IMG/VR virus record: IMGVR_UViG_3300031555_003801
Span: 64,001 to 128,000 of that record
Reading direction: 5' to 3' (one strand)
DNA: 64,000 nt
From: a virus
Taxonomy: Duplodnaviria; Heunggongvirae; Uroviricota; Caudoviricetes
Shown here piece by piece: positions 32,097 through 46,200 of this stretch. The position numbers and the translations under genes were made by a program. The stretch's first letter is position 1. Every line of letters begins with the position of its first letter. Below the pieces are notes generated by a model. That model worked only from the letters and a program-made list of their open reading frames with translations. It was not told the origin of the DNA and ran no database searches.

Positions 32097-35000
32097 TTAA
32101 TAAAGTCTCTCAACTGCTTTTGTTGCATTGATTGACATTGTCCCATTATAAGTAAGAGGAATTGATAATCTACTTACTATATAATCACCATTAATTTTAC
32201 TTTCTTCGTCATGTACATATATACGAGCATTTGGTTCTAAATAATAAACAGGTATTGTTGATAAATTAATATTTTCAACACAATAAGTATGATTATATAA
32301 TAATTCATCAATTTTATCTTTTGCACTTTTGCCTTGTGAACTAATAACAAAAGAATTTTCAATATAATCTTGTAACCAAATATATATATAACCCGTATTT
32401 ATATTATATGGATCATATTCTTTATTAGAAGTAAAAATAATATTTGGTGTTTCTCTAAAATAAATAGCAGAAACATTTGAATCATTAACAGATTTTGCCC
32501 TACTACCAATATATGGAACAGAAAACTATTCTAATTCACCAGGATCATCTAAAAATTCAAACCAAAAATTTAAAGTCTCTGGTGCTAAAACAACATTTTT
32601 ATTCCAATATTTTAAATTTTCATTAAAATGTTCTAAAGCATTATCATCTGAACATTTATAATAATCTTTTGTTCTATAATTAATAGGTAAATAATAATTA
32701 CAAGTAAAATTCAATTCATTTTCTTTAAAATCTACCCACTGCATTTCCATTTTATAATTACCATTATCATCAAGCTCAACACGCACTTCTTCATATTTTC
32801 CGCCTGACTATTCTCTTATTGCTTCTGGATTTAAATCATAAAGCTATCTCCAAAAACCCTATAGATCTGTATAATACTATTCATATCCAGTATATCCATT
32901 TGCATATAAATATTCTCCAGCAATATAACTATTATTTTTAATTTTTACTAAAAAATCATCCTCTTGATTATGTGCAAAATAATCTAAAGCCATTTGATAA
33001 ATAATTTCTCTCCAATCAACAACGCGCAGTTTTCCAGAATTAATTAAATTCTCTAATTCTTTATCAATTTGATCTTCAATTACCTAATCAAAAGATGTAG
33101 CATTTGGAAAATTAGGATTATAAAAATATACTAAATTACCCTATCTCTTAATATCTCCTTCTAAAAAAGATAAATAGGTATGACTATCGTTACATCCTGC
33201 ATATGGATACATAAAAGGTTTTTTTACTTCTGGACTAACTTTAGAAGTTTTTAAACTTCCTGTTTCAGTATAATAAGATTCATATAAATAACAAGTTTTT
33301 GAATTAGATGGATTTCCAGAACCATGCTACAAATTCCAATATCTATTATCTTTTCCAGGATTTACCAATATAATTAACCAACAGTAATCACCAGAACTGC
33401 TGCTTATTTTTCCTGGCAAAGTATTTTTATTTACATATCCTTCTGTATTATTTTTAGAATACCATTTCATTGTGTAAGTAGGTTTTTCTAAAGTTAATGT
33501 TTCATAATATTCAGCCCAATCTCGAATATCCCACCATCCAGGAGTCCAAGATCCATCAGGCTGTTTCTATGGTGCTTCTAATCCTTCATAAGTTCCATAT
33601 GATGGCTGATAATTATCCAAACGTTCTTTTAAATTTACACTTAAATCATTTCTAATTCCTTCTTTTAAATCTTCTAAATACTATATATCAGTAATATAAT
33701 ATTCTCCATTAAAAGTTTTATAATAAAATGGTTTTTTATCTATTGCAAAACGCGCGTGAATAGGTATATCTTTATTATTAATACCTTTTCGCACACCCCA
33801 AACAGAAAAATCATTTTTAAGATTATTTAATTGAGGATTATTAGAAAATGAAGTAATTAAATTATTATCTTCAAAACTATACTAAACGTCTGATGTATAA
33901 GCAGCATTTTCTGCATATACATCTTTATCATCAGTTTCTATTAATGTATTCCAATTAGTATTAACATATGCTTTTTTTCTTTGAAAAACAAATCTTCCAT
34001 CTAAGTCATAAAAATATTCAAAATCACCAAGCATATTTTTAATCTTATCTAAAATAGAAGTTAATGTTTCTCCAACAGAAGAAATAAGTTCTCCAGGATA
34101 AATTAAATCAGTCTATCTATATCCTGCGGTTTGACCATATTCTATTTTTGCGACAGTATATTTAATACCATTACCATCTTTTAATTCTACTTCTACTGTT
34201 GATTCGTTAAAACCATCAATAAGATTATTTATTTCATTTTTCTTAATATCTAATTCAGCAAGTTTTTTTGCAGTCTCCCAAGATTCATTTATGACTTCCA
34301 TTTCATCATTGTATGTCATATTTTCACATATACCTGCATTGAAAAAGAAATAAAGAGGTTTATCTCCTCTATATTCTAATAATTCCAAACCATAATCTTC
34401 TAAATCATTTATAATAATATTATGATAAGGTTCATTCGCATACGTATGAACTGCTTCTCTAATAATATATTTTAAAGGTAATTTTTCAATATTCGAAGTT
34501 ATTAATTTAGAATAATATATAATATTTTTATCATATTCATCTTGTGCTAATATATATTGTTCTTGATTATTTATTGGAGTATAATTTTTATTTAAACAAT
34601 AATATTTATTTGCTTCATAAAGAGTATAATCTGTTGAAAAATCTACTTCTTCATAAATAGTATTATAATTTTCAATCTATCCGAAATCAATAGAAGAATA
34701 TAAAGATCCTCCTAAAGTACCATTTAACATGCACATTTTATCTTGTCCAGAAATTGAAATAGAATAATTATTCGTTGTATAAGAAGTATTAAAATTTGTT
34801 ATACAATAAACACCTTTATTAAACCAAATAATATCTGGATAATTTAAATTAATAGAATTTTTTAAACCTATCTATAATTTAAATTTATTAGTTAATCCCC
34901 AATAAAAATCATTAATATTAATTTCATTAGCAACTAATGTTAAATTACACGTTCTACGAACTACAGAGGTTCCATCAATATTTATAGAACCTCCTGTAAT

Positions 35001-35129
35001 TCTTCCTTCAATCTATTCAATAGGAAAGCCATTGAAATTAAGAGCAATAATTTTAGCATAAACTTCTTTATGCTAATACTAATCCAACTCTTTTAAAAAA
35101 TCTTTATCTAATAAAGGATTTTTTTCCAT
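32097..35129 (-). CDS. Baseplate hub / tail-tip protein (1010 aa; DUF5048-like N-terminus); many TAG
   Basis: AAAAGGAGG RBS. Reads MEKNPLLDKDFLKELD*Y*HKEVYAKI..GRITGGSINIDGTSVVRRTCNLTL..SISGQDKMCMLNGTLGG. In frame with track ORFs 32526 and 34113. Confidence 0.75.
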
Positions 35130-38100
35130 TATTCAATAACCTCCTTTTCTTTTAATATATGAGTTAATTCTCTAATATATTTATCATAATAAGCATCATA
35201 CTTAATTTGCGCCAATTGAATAATTTGATTATAAGGTAAATTTTTATCAATATCTACCGCAGTAACTAATTTAATAAAAGATTCATCTTTAGAATTTTTC
35301 CAACTACTATTTAATATTTTCTTTAAATTATTAATTACATCATAAATTTTTATTTCTGATTCATCAAAATATTCAACTGTCTATAATTCATAACCACAAT
35401 TTAATACAACGCCTGCATCTAATTTAATTTTATTAAATTTATATAAACTATTGATTTTAATATCAATATCATCACTTAAATCTAATTCTTCATCATCAAT
35501 CCAACATTTAGTAGAATAAACTACAAATGTATTATGAATAGCAAAACCAGGTTTATTCTATGGAGTATAAACTTCTTTTTGCTACCATTCTACAAATTCA
35601 TTTAATCTATTATTTGTATCTTGTGAAATTAAAATAGTCATTGGTTGTTTTGGATCATAATAAAATTCAAAAGGTTTTTTAATATAATATTTCCATTCTT
35701 TATTATATTCTATAACCATTTTATATTCTCCATTTTCTCTAATGTAATATCTATCTTTTAACATCTCTTCAGGGAAAATAAAATATTCTTCAGTTAATTC
35801 TCCTGGTTCTAAACTTGGATGTGCTTGAACTAAATCATAGCCAACAATAGTTAATTGCGGCTCAAAAGATGTTTCTACTTCAATTTCATCTAATTCATAC
35901 TTATATAATGTTAAAGGACTTTCAAAAGTAGTTATAGATGTATCGGAATTTTTAATTCGCTCAAGATTGTATAAAAATTTTTCTTTTGATTTTGCTATAA
36001 TTTTTTCTTTTTCTTGTTCTAAATATCCCTATATCTCTTCATCTGGAATTTGAACAACATAAAGAGCAGTATCGACCCAAAAATCTTCTGTATTATCTTC
36101 ATTCTCAAATCCAGGAATTTGTGGCCCAATAGTTAATATAAAATCATTATATCTATTTACTAATATCCATGCTATAGTCATATAAGTATCATAATCTAAA
36201 TATCCATCTTCATAATCTGCTAAATATGGAGCATAAAGACTATAAAATTCTTTTTCCTAATAATCAAAATTAATATTTTTTAAAGCTCTCTAATAATTTG
36301 CTTCATTTTTATAATCATAATATTTTTCACAATATTCAACCTCATTATTATATCTTTCTAAAAGAGCTTTTTCACTATTTTTTAATGATATTTTAGATGT
36401 AGCATTTTTATCTCTATATAAAATAATAAATCCATCTTCTTTTTCATATCCTTTACCAGTCCATTTAGGATATACTTTAGATACATCTCTTTTCTAAAAA
36501 TGTAAATAATAAAAATTAGAAATTTTAGTTTTTAAATCTTCAACTACATCAATTATATTTTCATAATAACCAATAAATTGATGTGCAACAACATCATCCA
36601 TTTGAACATCAATAATAGTATCAAAAGTATTCATACTTGAATCTTCAAAACTGTAAGTTACAGCACCAGTATAGATAACTCCGCCTGGAATTTGAATAGA
36701 AGTAATAATCTCTCCATTATCAATAAAATAACTACCTGTAGCTCCAATTACTATACTTTTATTGTTAATATAAACCATTTCTCCTGGCTACATATCATAA
36801 AAATAAACTGAAGTAGCCTATTTATGCTACATAATTTCTATTAAATCTTTATTTTCTATATTACTTTTTTTAACCAAAGGTATTGTTATCCATCTTGTTT
36901 GTAATATTTTAGAATTTTCTAAAGAAATAAAATTATATTTATTTAAATTTTCATAATTACATTCTGCTACTTCATAAGCAGTAGAATTAAAAGTATGAAT
37001 CATTCTACTTAAAACATCTTCTGGTGAAAAAGAAGTATTTAATAAACGCACAATATAATTTCCTTCGCTTGGGGACCTAAATAATTTTGGTTGACCATTA
37101 TTTAACCAATCTAAAACTTCTAATTTAAAATCTCTTTCAGCAGAAAAATTATACCCAACTAAATTAGTTGTTTTAACTTTATATTCATCTAGCTATTTAG
37201 AAGGAGTTCCTTGATATTTTTCTCTTTTAAAATTTTCTGTTAATACAAAGTCTTCATCAAAACCAAATAAATTTTCTTCATCCATCTAATAAGAAATTAA
37301 TCCAGATATTGGAAATTCTTTATAACCTACATTTCCATTTCTAAAAATAAAAGGAAATTTGCTACCGATTGTATCTATTTTATTTTCTAAATGGTCTGTT
37401 TTAAAAGAAGTAATTTTTGGATTATATCTAATTCTTAACTAGCGTTTACCATCAAATAAAAAAGCGTCTTCAAAATCTACATATATATCTTCTGAAATAG
37501 TTCTTTCAGAATATAATCTATAATCATTATATTCTTGTAAAGAATAAGTATAAATTTTTCCTTGTTCAACAGTAAAATCTTTCCAACTCCATTCAGAAAG
37601 TTTTTCATTTATTAATGAAAAACGAAAAACTTCTTCCCAAGGAGAATTATCTACTTTTCTAGATAAAATAAAAGAACCACTAACAGGATTTTCAATTTCT
37701 CTTTCTTTAATTTCTCCTTCTTCAGTTATTTCATTAATAATTTTTTTATAATTGCTTGAATCTAAGTGTATATCTACATATCCATTATCAAAATTTAAAT
37801 ATGGAACTGGATATGTTTTTACATCTGGCTCAATAGATTTTTGTGCTACTAATCTATATTTAGGACTTGATATCTTTAAACCATTATTTGTAATTATACT
37901 ATACTATATATAATAAACCTAATTTCGATCAAAATCCATCATATAAGAAAATTCATCCTAAGATTCATAAGAATTTATATCTTTTGAATTGTTATGTAAT
38001 AATTCTCCAGTATCAGCTAAAATATTATCATTTTTATCTAAAATAACAAATCTATAAGAATATACTTTTTCAGTATAATCTTTAGTATCTTCTTCTGATA

Positions 38101-38536
38101 ATATTTTCTAACTATAGCAACCTAGATAATTATAAGAATGTCTATTTGGAGAATATTTTTCTAAACCTTCAATATAAACATTTGGTTTGCTAGTATATTT
38201 TACAATACCCACAGAAGAATAATAACCAGGAATTAAATCAGAACTAACATAGGCAATTTGAATTTTATAAAACTAGCCAATATTTAGTTTATCTTTAACA
38301 TCTGTCAAATCAATATAAACTTCTTGTTTTTCAAGATCATATTTACAATATTCTGGACCTCGAGTAATTAAATATTTATCACTCTAAATTGTTTTTAATT
38401 TTAAATAGAAGCCAACTACCTCTTTTTTATTAACTGCCCTATTCATGGAAAAAGGGACAGTTAAAACTGTCCCTTCCTTAGTGTCACAAAAAGCAGGTAT
38501 TGTACCTTCTATATAAGGAGGATACAATTTGCTCAT
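35129..38536 (-). CDS. Large baseplate / distal tail (Dit-like) protein (1135 aa); many TAG
   Basis: AAAGGAG RBS. Reads MSKLYPPYIEG..PAF, DTIGSKFPFIFRNG.V.YKEFPISGLISY, ERDFKLEVLDWLNNG.PKLFRSP.EGNYIVRL. In frame with track ORFs 35582, 36494 and 36827; TAATG overlap with the next gene. Confidence 0.65.
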
Positions 38537-38541
38537 TTTAA

Positions 38542-38697
38542 TTATTCTCCTTTTTCTTCAATTGGAGTTAATTCTTGCGCAAGTGCTTGCATTGCGCGAA
38601 GACAATCACCCATAATTAAAGTATCTTCACCCTTTGTTGAAATAGTACAAAGAGTATTATAAATTCTAATAAATTGAGTAATTTGTTCTTGTGTCAT
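38542..38697 (-). CDS. Small conserved hypothetical protein (51 aa)
   Basis: AAGGAG RBS. Reads MTQEQITQFIRIYNTLCTISTKGEDTLIMGDCLRAM. Confidence 0.7.
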   Translation of the reverse strand: MTQEQITQFIRIYNTLCTISTKGEDTLIMGDCLRAMQALAQELTPIEEKGE

Positions 38698-38710
38698 TGT
38701 TATTCTCCTT

Positions 38711-39088
38711 TCACTCTTCAATCATAAACATTAATGCTTCCATTTGCGGAAGTGTAAAATGTAAATTTTCTATATCATTAATAGATATTAAAAATATTTC
38801 AATTTCTTGTTTAATATCTAATAAATCCTTTAATTCATTTTGTGCTTCTTGTATTTTATCTTTTGGAATAAAATATTTATCATCATTTTCTTCTGATGGA
38901 CTACCAAAATTTTTAATAATTTGCGCTCTAGCCTATTCAATCTCATTCGCAAGATCCGCAATTTTCTTTTTATTTTTCTATATATAAAAGTTTACCTTTG
39001 CTGGTAAATACTATTGACTATTTTCAAAAGTTTTATTTAACTATTTATTAATAAAATAAATCTCTTCATTTGTTAAAATCTTTAACAT
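38711..39088 (-). CDS. Conserved hypothetical tail-region protein; 4 TAG; TGA stop
   Basis: Reads MLKILTNEEIY..YLPAKVNFYI*KN..EIE*ARAQII..FG..LMFMIEE-TGA. Confidence 0.75.
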
Positions 39089-39105
39089 TCCTTTTTCTCC
39101 TATTT

Positions 39106-42100
39106 TTAACCAAAACGAGCATAAATACCATGCTAATTAGAAGCATCAATGCCTTGAACCCATAATTCATCTTTACTTATTTTTAAAGCGTAAGAGGAAG
39201 AATTTTCAGCATCTGGGTCTGGTATTAAATGAATCCATACTTTTGTATTATCTTTTCTTTTTCCAGCATATATATTTACATCATCATACCAAGGACTATG
39301 TGAACTACCTATCTATAAATTGCTATCTGTATTTACTCCAAAAATAAAAGCTGCTTCATCAAGTCCACTAGAACTCGTTATATCTTTATCTCCAGCTTCA
39401 TAGCTATATAAATTAGATGCTAAATATAATTTACCTTTATTATCTCTTGCAGCACCATTATAAAAAAAGCTATTACCTAATCTAAAGTCATATGTTGATG
39501 CATCATGAGTGCTTGCACCCCAATAAGTTTTTGCATCCCAAATTTTTATTGCTTCTGCAGCTGTAAAATCTGCAGGTGTGTTAAATGCTCCTGAAAAAAT
39601 ACTGTGATCAGTAATAGTAAATCCACCAATAGTGCCCCATGTTGATACTATACTACCATCGGTACTATCTATTTTTATATAGCCTCCTTGGCTACCTTTA
39701 GCTTCAATAATAAAATCAAAAGCATCAATTCTACCCTTCGCTAAGTCTATTTTTATACCAAGTTTATTTCCTTTTTCATCAATGTTTCCATAATCACTTG
39801 ACTATAAATAATAATTATCGGTATCATTATTTATATAGAATAAAGAATCTCCATATTTATTAGCAAAATTTATTTCTAAATCATTATTTGCATTTAAATA
39901 TATTCCACCAGGACCATTTTTCATATGGAAAATATTATCATCCAAATCCATTAAAATGCCATGACCTAAATTATATCCTTCACTCTAAATAGTGCTTTTA
40001 TCCCCATCAATATAAATACGACCTCTTCCTGCTTTCCCAATAAAAGCAGTTCCATTTTCCATAAAAGCATAAGAAATCATTCCATGATGAAAACCATATA
40101 TACCAGTCTAATCTCCAATGAAAGCATTTACACCACCAGGATCTCCATGCCAATCTCCGAGCATTACGCCGCTAAAAGTATTATCATCACTATTCTTTTT
40201 TCCAGCTGCAATAGCCGGAGCAAGAATATAACCATTTTCTTGATTTATTTCAATTTCTTTTCCAGGCCATTTATTTAATGTTCCAGAAGGATAATTATTT
40301 GACATACAAATAACTGGCTAAGTCCAAACAATTTGATTATTTTCATCATAATACTATACACCATATTGATGAACATTATCCATATAAATTCCAATAGGCT
40401 AAAGAGCATTATCCTTTATACTACCAATGTAATTAGTATTTTCATTATAAGGATTAAAAATCTTCCACTGCCCTTCAGTATATTCATCTTCATAGCCATC
40501 CTAATTATTATCTACGTCTTGTAAATGTATTTTCCATTTTCCAGTATAATATTTAGGATATCCAGAAGTAAGATAGATTACTTCATTTGCGGTGTCAGTA
40601 TATGAATATGTTTCACCTAGTCTAATTGCTATTGGTTTATACGTTGTTAAATCATAATCACCCCATCCTTTTACAGTGCATTGTAAAATTAAGAAGTGAT
40701 TCATATTTAATTTTTCATTTGCGGAAATAGCTATTTCATTTCGACAATTATTAGAATAATAAGTTGTAAAATCCTATAATACTATCTCGCCTTTATCATT
40801 GGTAAACCATTTTTTATTTTTAATAATTTGATTTGCTGAATCGGCATTTACAGTATCATCTAAACTACCCACATATGGCTAAATTTCTACTGCAATATAT
40901 TTATCCGTAGCATCATCATATTTATAATCAAACCAGCTCCACTCATATTTTATATCAACATATTCAGTGCTATTATTTGGATCAATTTCTTTATTATGAG
41001 AATCAAATAATAATGCTTTACAATGAATAGTATCTCCATCCGCATCTTTTGTTAATGCGAATGTATCGGCTGGATCTATATATATCTTTAAAGTAACATC
41101 AGTTCCTGTTGTTCCAGACTATCCAAAATAAAATGTTTTAGATGTGAAATAGTCAGTGTGATTTTTTATGATAGAACACTAAATTACATTATTAGCGTAA
41201 GATTGAATATAATCTTTTTTAATAAAATATAATTGATAAGGATTTATTGCTTCTGCATTATTTGTATCACCATATCGAGTAATCATAATTACTTTTGCAA
41301 GATGATCATAAACAATTTCAGTTTTATCTTTATCATTTAGCTAGTATTTTAAAGTATGTAAACTACCATCTTTAAAAGTAGCATATCCCTACGCTGCTGT
41401 CATGCCTCTTGGCGCGCAAACAGTAAACTATGAAGCATCTTTATTTGGATAAGGCACACTATAATCTATATCATACACTTCAAGCATTGTATTTATAGTT
41501 GGAAAAGTCCATGTAATACTGGTTGCTTCTGTTAATATAGAACTTTCTTGCTCTGAGGTTGTTAAACCTGCTTTGGTTGAAAATAAAGCAACTAATTCTC
41601 TGGCTTGTTTTACATCATATTCTTCAAGCATCTTATTACCTGGATCATATATATAATAATTACCATAAGTATTATCTTTACACCATATATTTAACCCTTG
41701 TAAAAATTGACTTGTTGCTTCATTTATAACTTCTTTTTCATTTGTAAAAGTTAAAATATTACTACGAATTACTTTATTATTAAATAAAATAATTACTTTA
41801 ATTTGTTCTTGTTCTTTTTTAATATCTGGTTTAAAAGTATAGTAGAAATTATTACCATCTAATCTTTTCCAATAAACACCAGAATATTCATCTGCAGAAG
41901 GTGCTCCTAACTGATACTGATACCATCTTATTTCGTACTATAAATCAGTTGTGTCAGAAATAGATTTTATTCGACCATCATCAAACTAATGTATCCATCT
42001 TAAAATAATATGTTTTTCATTATCTTCTAATAAATAATAGTCACTGTAAGTATTTGAATCTAAACAATATATATTTGCCTAATCATTATCAAAACTTGCT

Positions 42101-43134
42101 ATATCGTATCCTAAACATATATAAGCATCTTTTGTAAATAAATTAGGAAGTAAAGGATTCCCAAAGTCATCATTATGTGGAACTTGTTTTTCATCTTTAT
42201 CAATAAAACTTTGTGATTCTTGATAAAAATATAATTCCATTTTTTGAATTTCTTTTATAGTAGATATATCAAATACTTTTTCTTGTTGATAATAACTTTC
42301 AAAATTATATGGATTACCATACATATCTTGTGAAGAAGATAAAAATAATTCATATTGTGCATAACTTAACTCAATTCTTTGAGATTGAAGAATAGACAAA
42401 ATATCAGATATTTTATAATTATATCCTTCTTCATAATAATCATCCCAAGGAATAGTAGTAATAGCACATGATATTTCAATATAATTTCTTATATCAGAAT
42501 CAAAATATTCTTTACCTTCATCAATTAATTCTTCAAGTTTTTTAATAGCTAAATCATAATTATTTTCTTCTGTTTTAACTACTTCTTCTTTACAATGAAG
42601 AATTAATTTATATCCATAATTACCACTTATACATTTAAAACTATCAAGCCAAGAGCGAAACTATCCTTGAAGTCCAAGTCTTGTAAAACCTGCTATATCT
42701 TGATTACTTGCAGTAAAATCTTTTTCCCATAATAAAACTTGCGTTTCTGCGGGATCATTTGCGCGCAAATATCCTTCTGTATTTTTATCATTTATTAAAT
42801 TTGTTGATACATCTACGATTGTATCAAACGGAGTTGTAAATAAAAATGGTGAAGTATTATTAGTAACCTATTTACCAATAATTATTTTTTGATTATTAAA
42901 ATCACCATTTGGCACTGTTACATAAACAGCATCATTTTCTTTATAATCTGTTGAAGCAGAGTATGCATAAAACTTTGTTGAACCATCAGTTACTTTATAC
43001 TATCCATCTTTTGCTTTTGTATCATCTATAATGATACAATTTATTGTTTTATCAAAACTAATTCCTTCAAGTTTTTTAGTAACTATTTCATCAACAGCCT
43101 AACAAAGTATATCAGCATAATCTTTCTATGCCAT
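39106..43134 (-). CDS. Large tail tip / central spike-like protein (1342 aa); codon 3 is TAG; many TAG
   Basis: AAAGGAGG RBS. Reads MA*KDYADILC*AVDEIV..SFDKTI.CII..Y.VTDG..F.AY..VYVTVPNGDF..K.IIGK; C-terminal NTFSGVMLGDW..FIGKAGRGRI. In frame with track ORFs 40108, 40501, 41428 and 42079. Confidence 0.7.
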
Positions 43135-43165
43135 TCAAGTAACCTCCTTTCTCTCCTTATTTTCT

Positions 43166-43194
43166 ATTATATCATAATTTTTTTGATTAGTCAA
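43166..43194 (-). promoter_or_regulatory. sigmaA-type promoter with extended -10
   Basis: TTGACT, 17-nt spacer ending TGA, TATAAT; 32 nt upstream of the ATG at 43134. Confidence 0.85.
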
Positions 43195-43221
43195 TTTTTT
43201 ATATCTACCCAATAAAAAATA

Positions 43222-43245
43222 GGGTAGAACATTTCTGTCCTACCC
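43222..43245 (-). terminator. Intrinsic terminator after the tape measure gene
   Basis: GGGTAGGACA-GAAA-TGTTCTACCC followed by TATTTTTT. Confidence 0.85.
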
Positions 43246-43252
43246 ATTAATT

Positions 43253-46200
43253 TTATTTACGATTTGCATATTGCGTTGCACGATTTATTAATGAATCAAA
43301 TGCTAATTCAATTTCATTATGATCAGTAGCATTAGGGAACTCAGCAGTAATAGTAACTGTTTGTTCAAGATTTTGATTTTGAGTATTTATTCCAGGAGAA
43401 TGAAGGACACCCATTCCCGCATTTGCGGCATTAGCATCTATCATTGTTCTAACAATTTCTACTACTTTAAGAATATTAGCGCTGTCTTTCTTATTAAGAA
43501 CTATTTCTTTTTCGTGAAGCATTGCTAATTTTCCTTCTGGACCCCATTCACCAGTATATCCACCTGTATCATAAGAAGCAGTCACAGTTCCCAATGCTTT
43601 TGCTTTTGTTAAAGCGCCATCTACTATGCTAGAATATTTAATAGTTCCTTCTTTAACATAAGCTTTGCCTTCCATAATTTTAATTGCATCTTCAGGATAA
43701 TATTCTCCCGTAAAGAAGCCATATTTAACATAAGTTTTTCCCAAATAATCTGTAAAAGTATATCTTTTTTTATCTAAATCACCTATTTCAACCCATTTAG
43801 TTGTATTTTGCTAAGTGTTTGATGTTGTAGTTTTATTTTCCTGAGTACTTGATTTAATGTCTTGAGCTTTATAATCATCATCGCCATTATCATCAACATA
43901 GTCTGAAAAGTCCGCATCTGGTACTTTACCCTGCGCACCTGTAACTTTAGACATTGCTTTAAATGCGTCTAAAGCAGCAGTTTCTAATCCTTCATATTCA
44001 GTAATTGTTGCCTATAAAGTAGTGCATAAATTTTCATATTTAGTCTATACAGAGTCAAGAGAATCAATAAGTTTTGCATTTTCTGTGATTTCTTCTTTAA
44101 CTTTTTCAATTTTTTCTTTTAAAGTCGGAATTACATTATTCTTAACTTCATTTCTAAGATTTTCACTTTCAGTAGTTACATCTTTTACTTTTCCTTGAAG
44201 AGTTACTAAATCATCTCCTGCTAATTTAGTAACAGAAGACATTGAAGTTTGCCAATTCTAGAATGCTACATCTGCAGCTGCAGTGTATGTCTCAACTGCA
44301 GTTTTCCATGCTCCGCCATCATTAATAATTTTACTATAAGCAGAAGACCAAGCATCTTGGAAGATTCTAGAATCTTCTTCTTGAGCTATATTATATAAAT
44401 CAGTATAAGCATTAATTTTATCATAATATTCTTGTTGCGCAGCCGCTCTAGCTTCTTTCCATTCATCAGTGCCTTCTTCATATCTCTAATCAATTTCTGT
44501 TAATTTTTGATATAGTTCTTCTCTTGCTTGAATTGCTTTTTGAGTATATTCATTAGCTGCATTTAATCTAATATTGTATAAATTATTTTCAGCATCCATT
44601 AACTCTTGCTCAGCACTACTTACTGCTTCTTCATCTGAAGTATAGATATAACCATAATTACCTTCATTATCTCTTGATAATCTAACAGTAGATTTTGCAT
44701 TTTGAGCTTCTTCAAGGGCAATTTGTGCTTGTAATTGTTTATATTTAGCTTGTGCAATTTCTAATTCAAGGTTACTTAATTTATCTTTTTGCTTTAATTT
44801 TTCAATTTCTTGTGAAAAAGCATTTAATCTTTGTTTAGAGGCAGTATTATTAGTTTTATTAATATCATTACTAATATTGTTTAATAATTTATTTGCTTCA
44901 TAAACTTGATTTGTTTTAGTTAAATATTCATCTTGAATTTCAGAAATATTCTACATAGATTCTTTTAATCTATCAAAACCAAGTCCGCCAGTTAATGTTT
45001 TATTTAATGTTTCAGCTAATTTAGCCATTTCATTTTCATAAATTTCATTAAGAGCTTTTGCATATTCTTCTGCATCAGATAACATTTCATCATAAGCTTT
45101 AGATGTTGCTTCACGCTATGCATCTAATGCTATTTTAATGGTTTCACTATGGGTGCGTTCATATTCTGCTTCTAAATCTGCAAGATTTTGTTTTTGAACT
45201 TCATACCATTGAGCAGAAGTATCCATTCTATCTTTTGCAACTTTAGCAGAACCACTTAAAATTTCACCCATTCTAGCATAATCTTCCTCTTGGCCTGTTA
45301 ATTCAAGAATATTTTTATAATGTTCTAATGCATTACTTAAATCATCAAATCTGCTAGTATATTTATCTAATTCATCCTATGCTTTTTTTAATGTTTCACC
45401 ATAAAACTCTTTTAACTATTTTTCATAATCTTGTAATGCTTCTAAATTATCATAAACAGCATCTCTATGTTCTTTAATACCTTCTATATAATCAGCCTAG
45501 GATATTTTTCCTGCTTTATATAATTCAGTTAATTCTTGTGTTGCACTTTCGTGAATTGCTAATGCATCTTCAGTTGTGCTTACTTTCTAATTTAATAAAG
45601 CAAAGCCTTCAGCAGCTTTATAAACATCATCTTCTATTTTATTAAAATAATAATCTAATTCTTTTAATTTATCATCATTTAATTCTAATTTTAAATTAAC
45701 TCGATAAGTTAAATCTTCATAATTTAAATCTTGTTGTTGATATAAAAGATTAAGTTTTTCTTGTTCTTCATCAGCTTTTAAATCTAATGTTTCTTCATAT
45801 TGTTTTAAAATTTCTACAAATTTTTCATATTCTTTTTCAGCTTTTTCAGTTCTGCTTTTATTAAATTTAACAACCTATTTTTCGACTATTGCATCATAAT
45901 TAGTAATATTGCCATATTCATCAAATTCCGCACCATAATGAGCAATATTTGCCTAGTCTTGTAATAAGTTATTATTAATCTATCTTAAATATTCGTCTTG
46001 AGATTCAATTAATTTTTCAACTTGTTCTCTTTCAGATTGAATTAAAGCAACTCTATCTGCGCCCCAAGCTCTATCTTTAGCAGCACTTAATCTATCATAT
46101 TCTTTATTTAATGATTCAATCTATTCTCTAATAACATGATAACGTTCTTTTTCATCTTTTAAGCGTTTTTTATCTTTTAAATCACCGTTATCTTTTGTTT

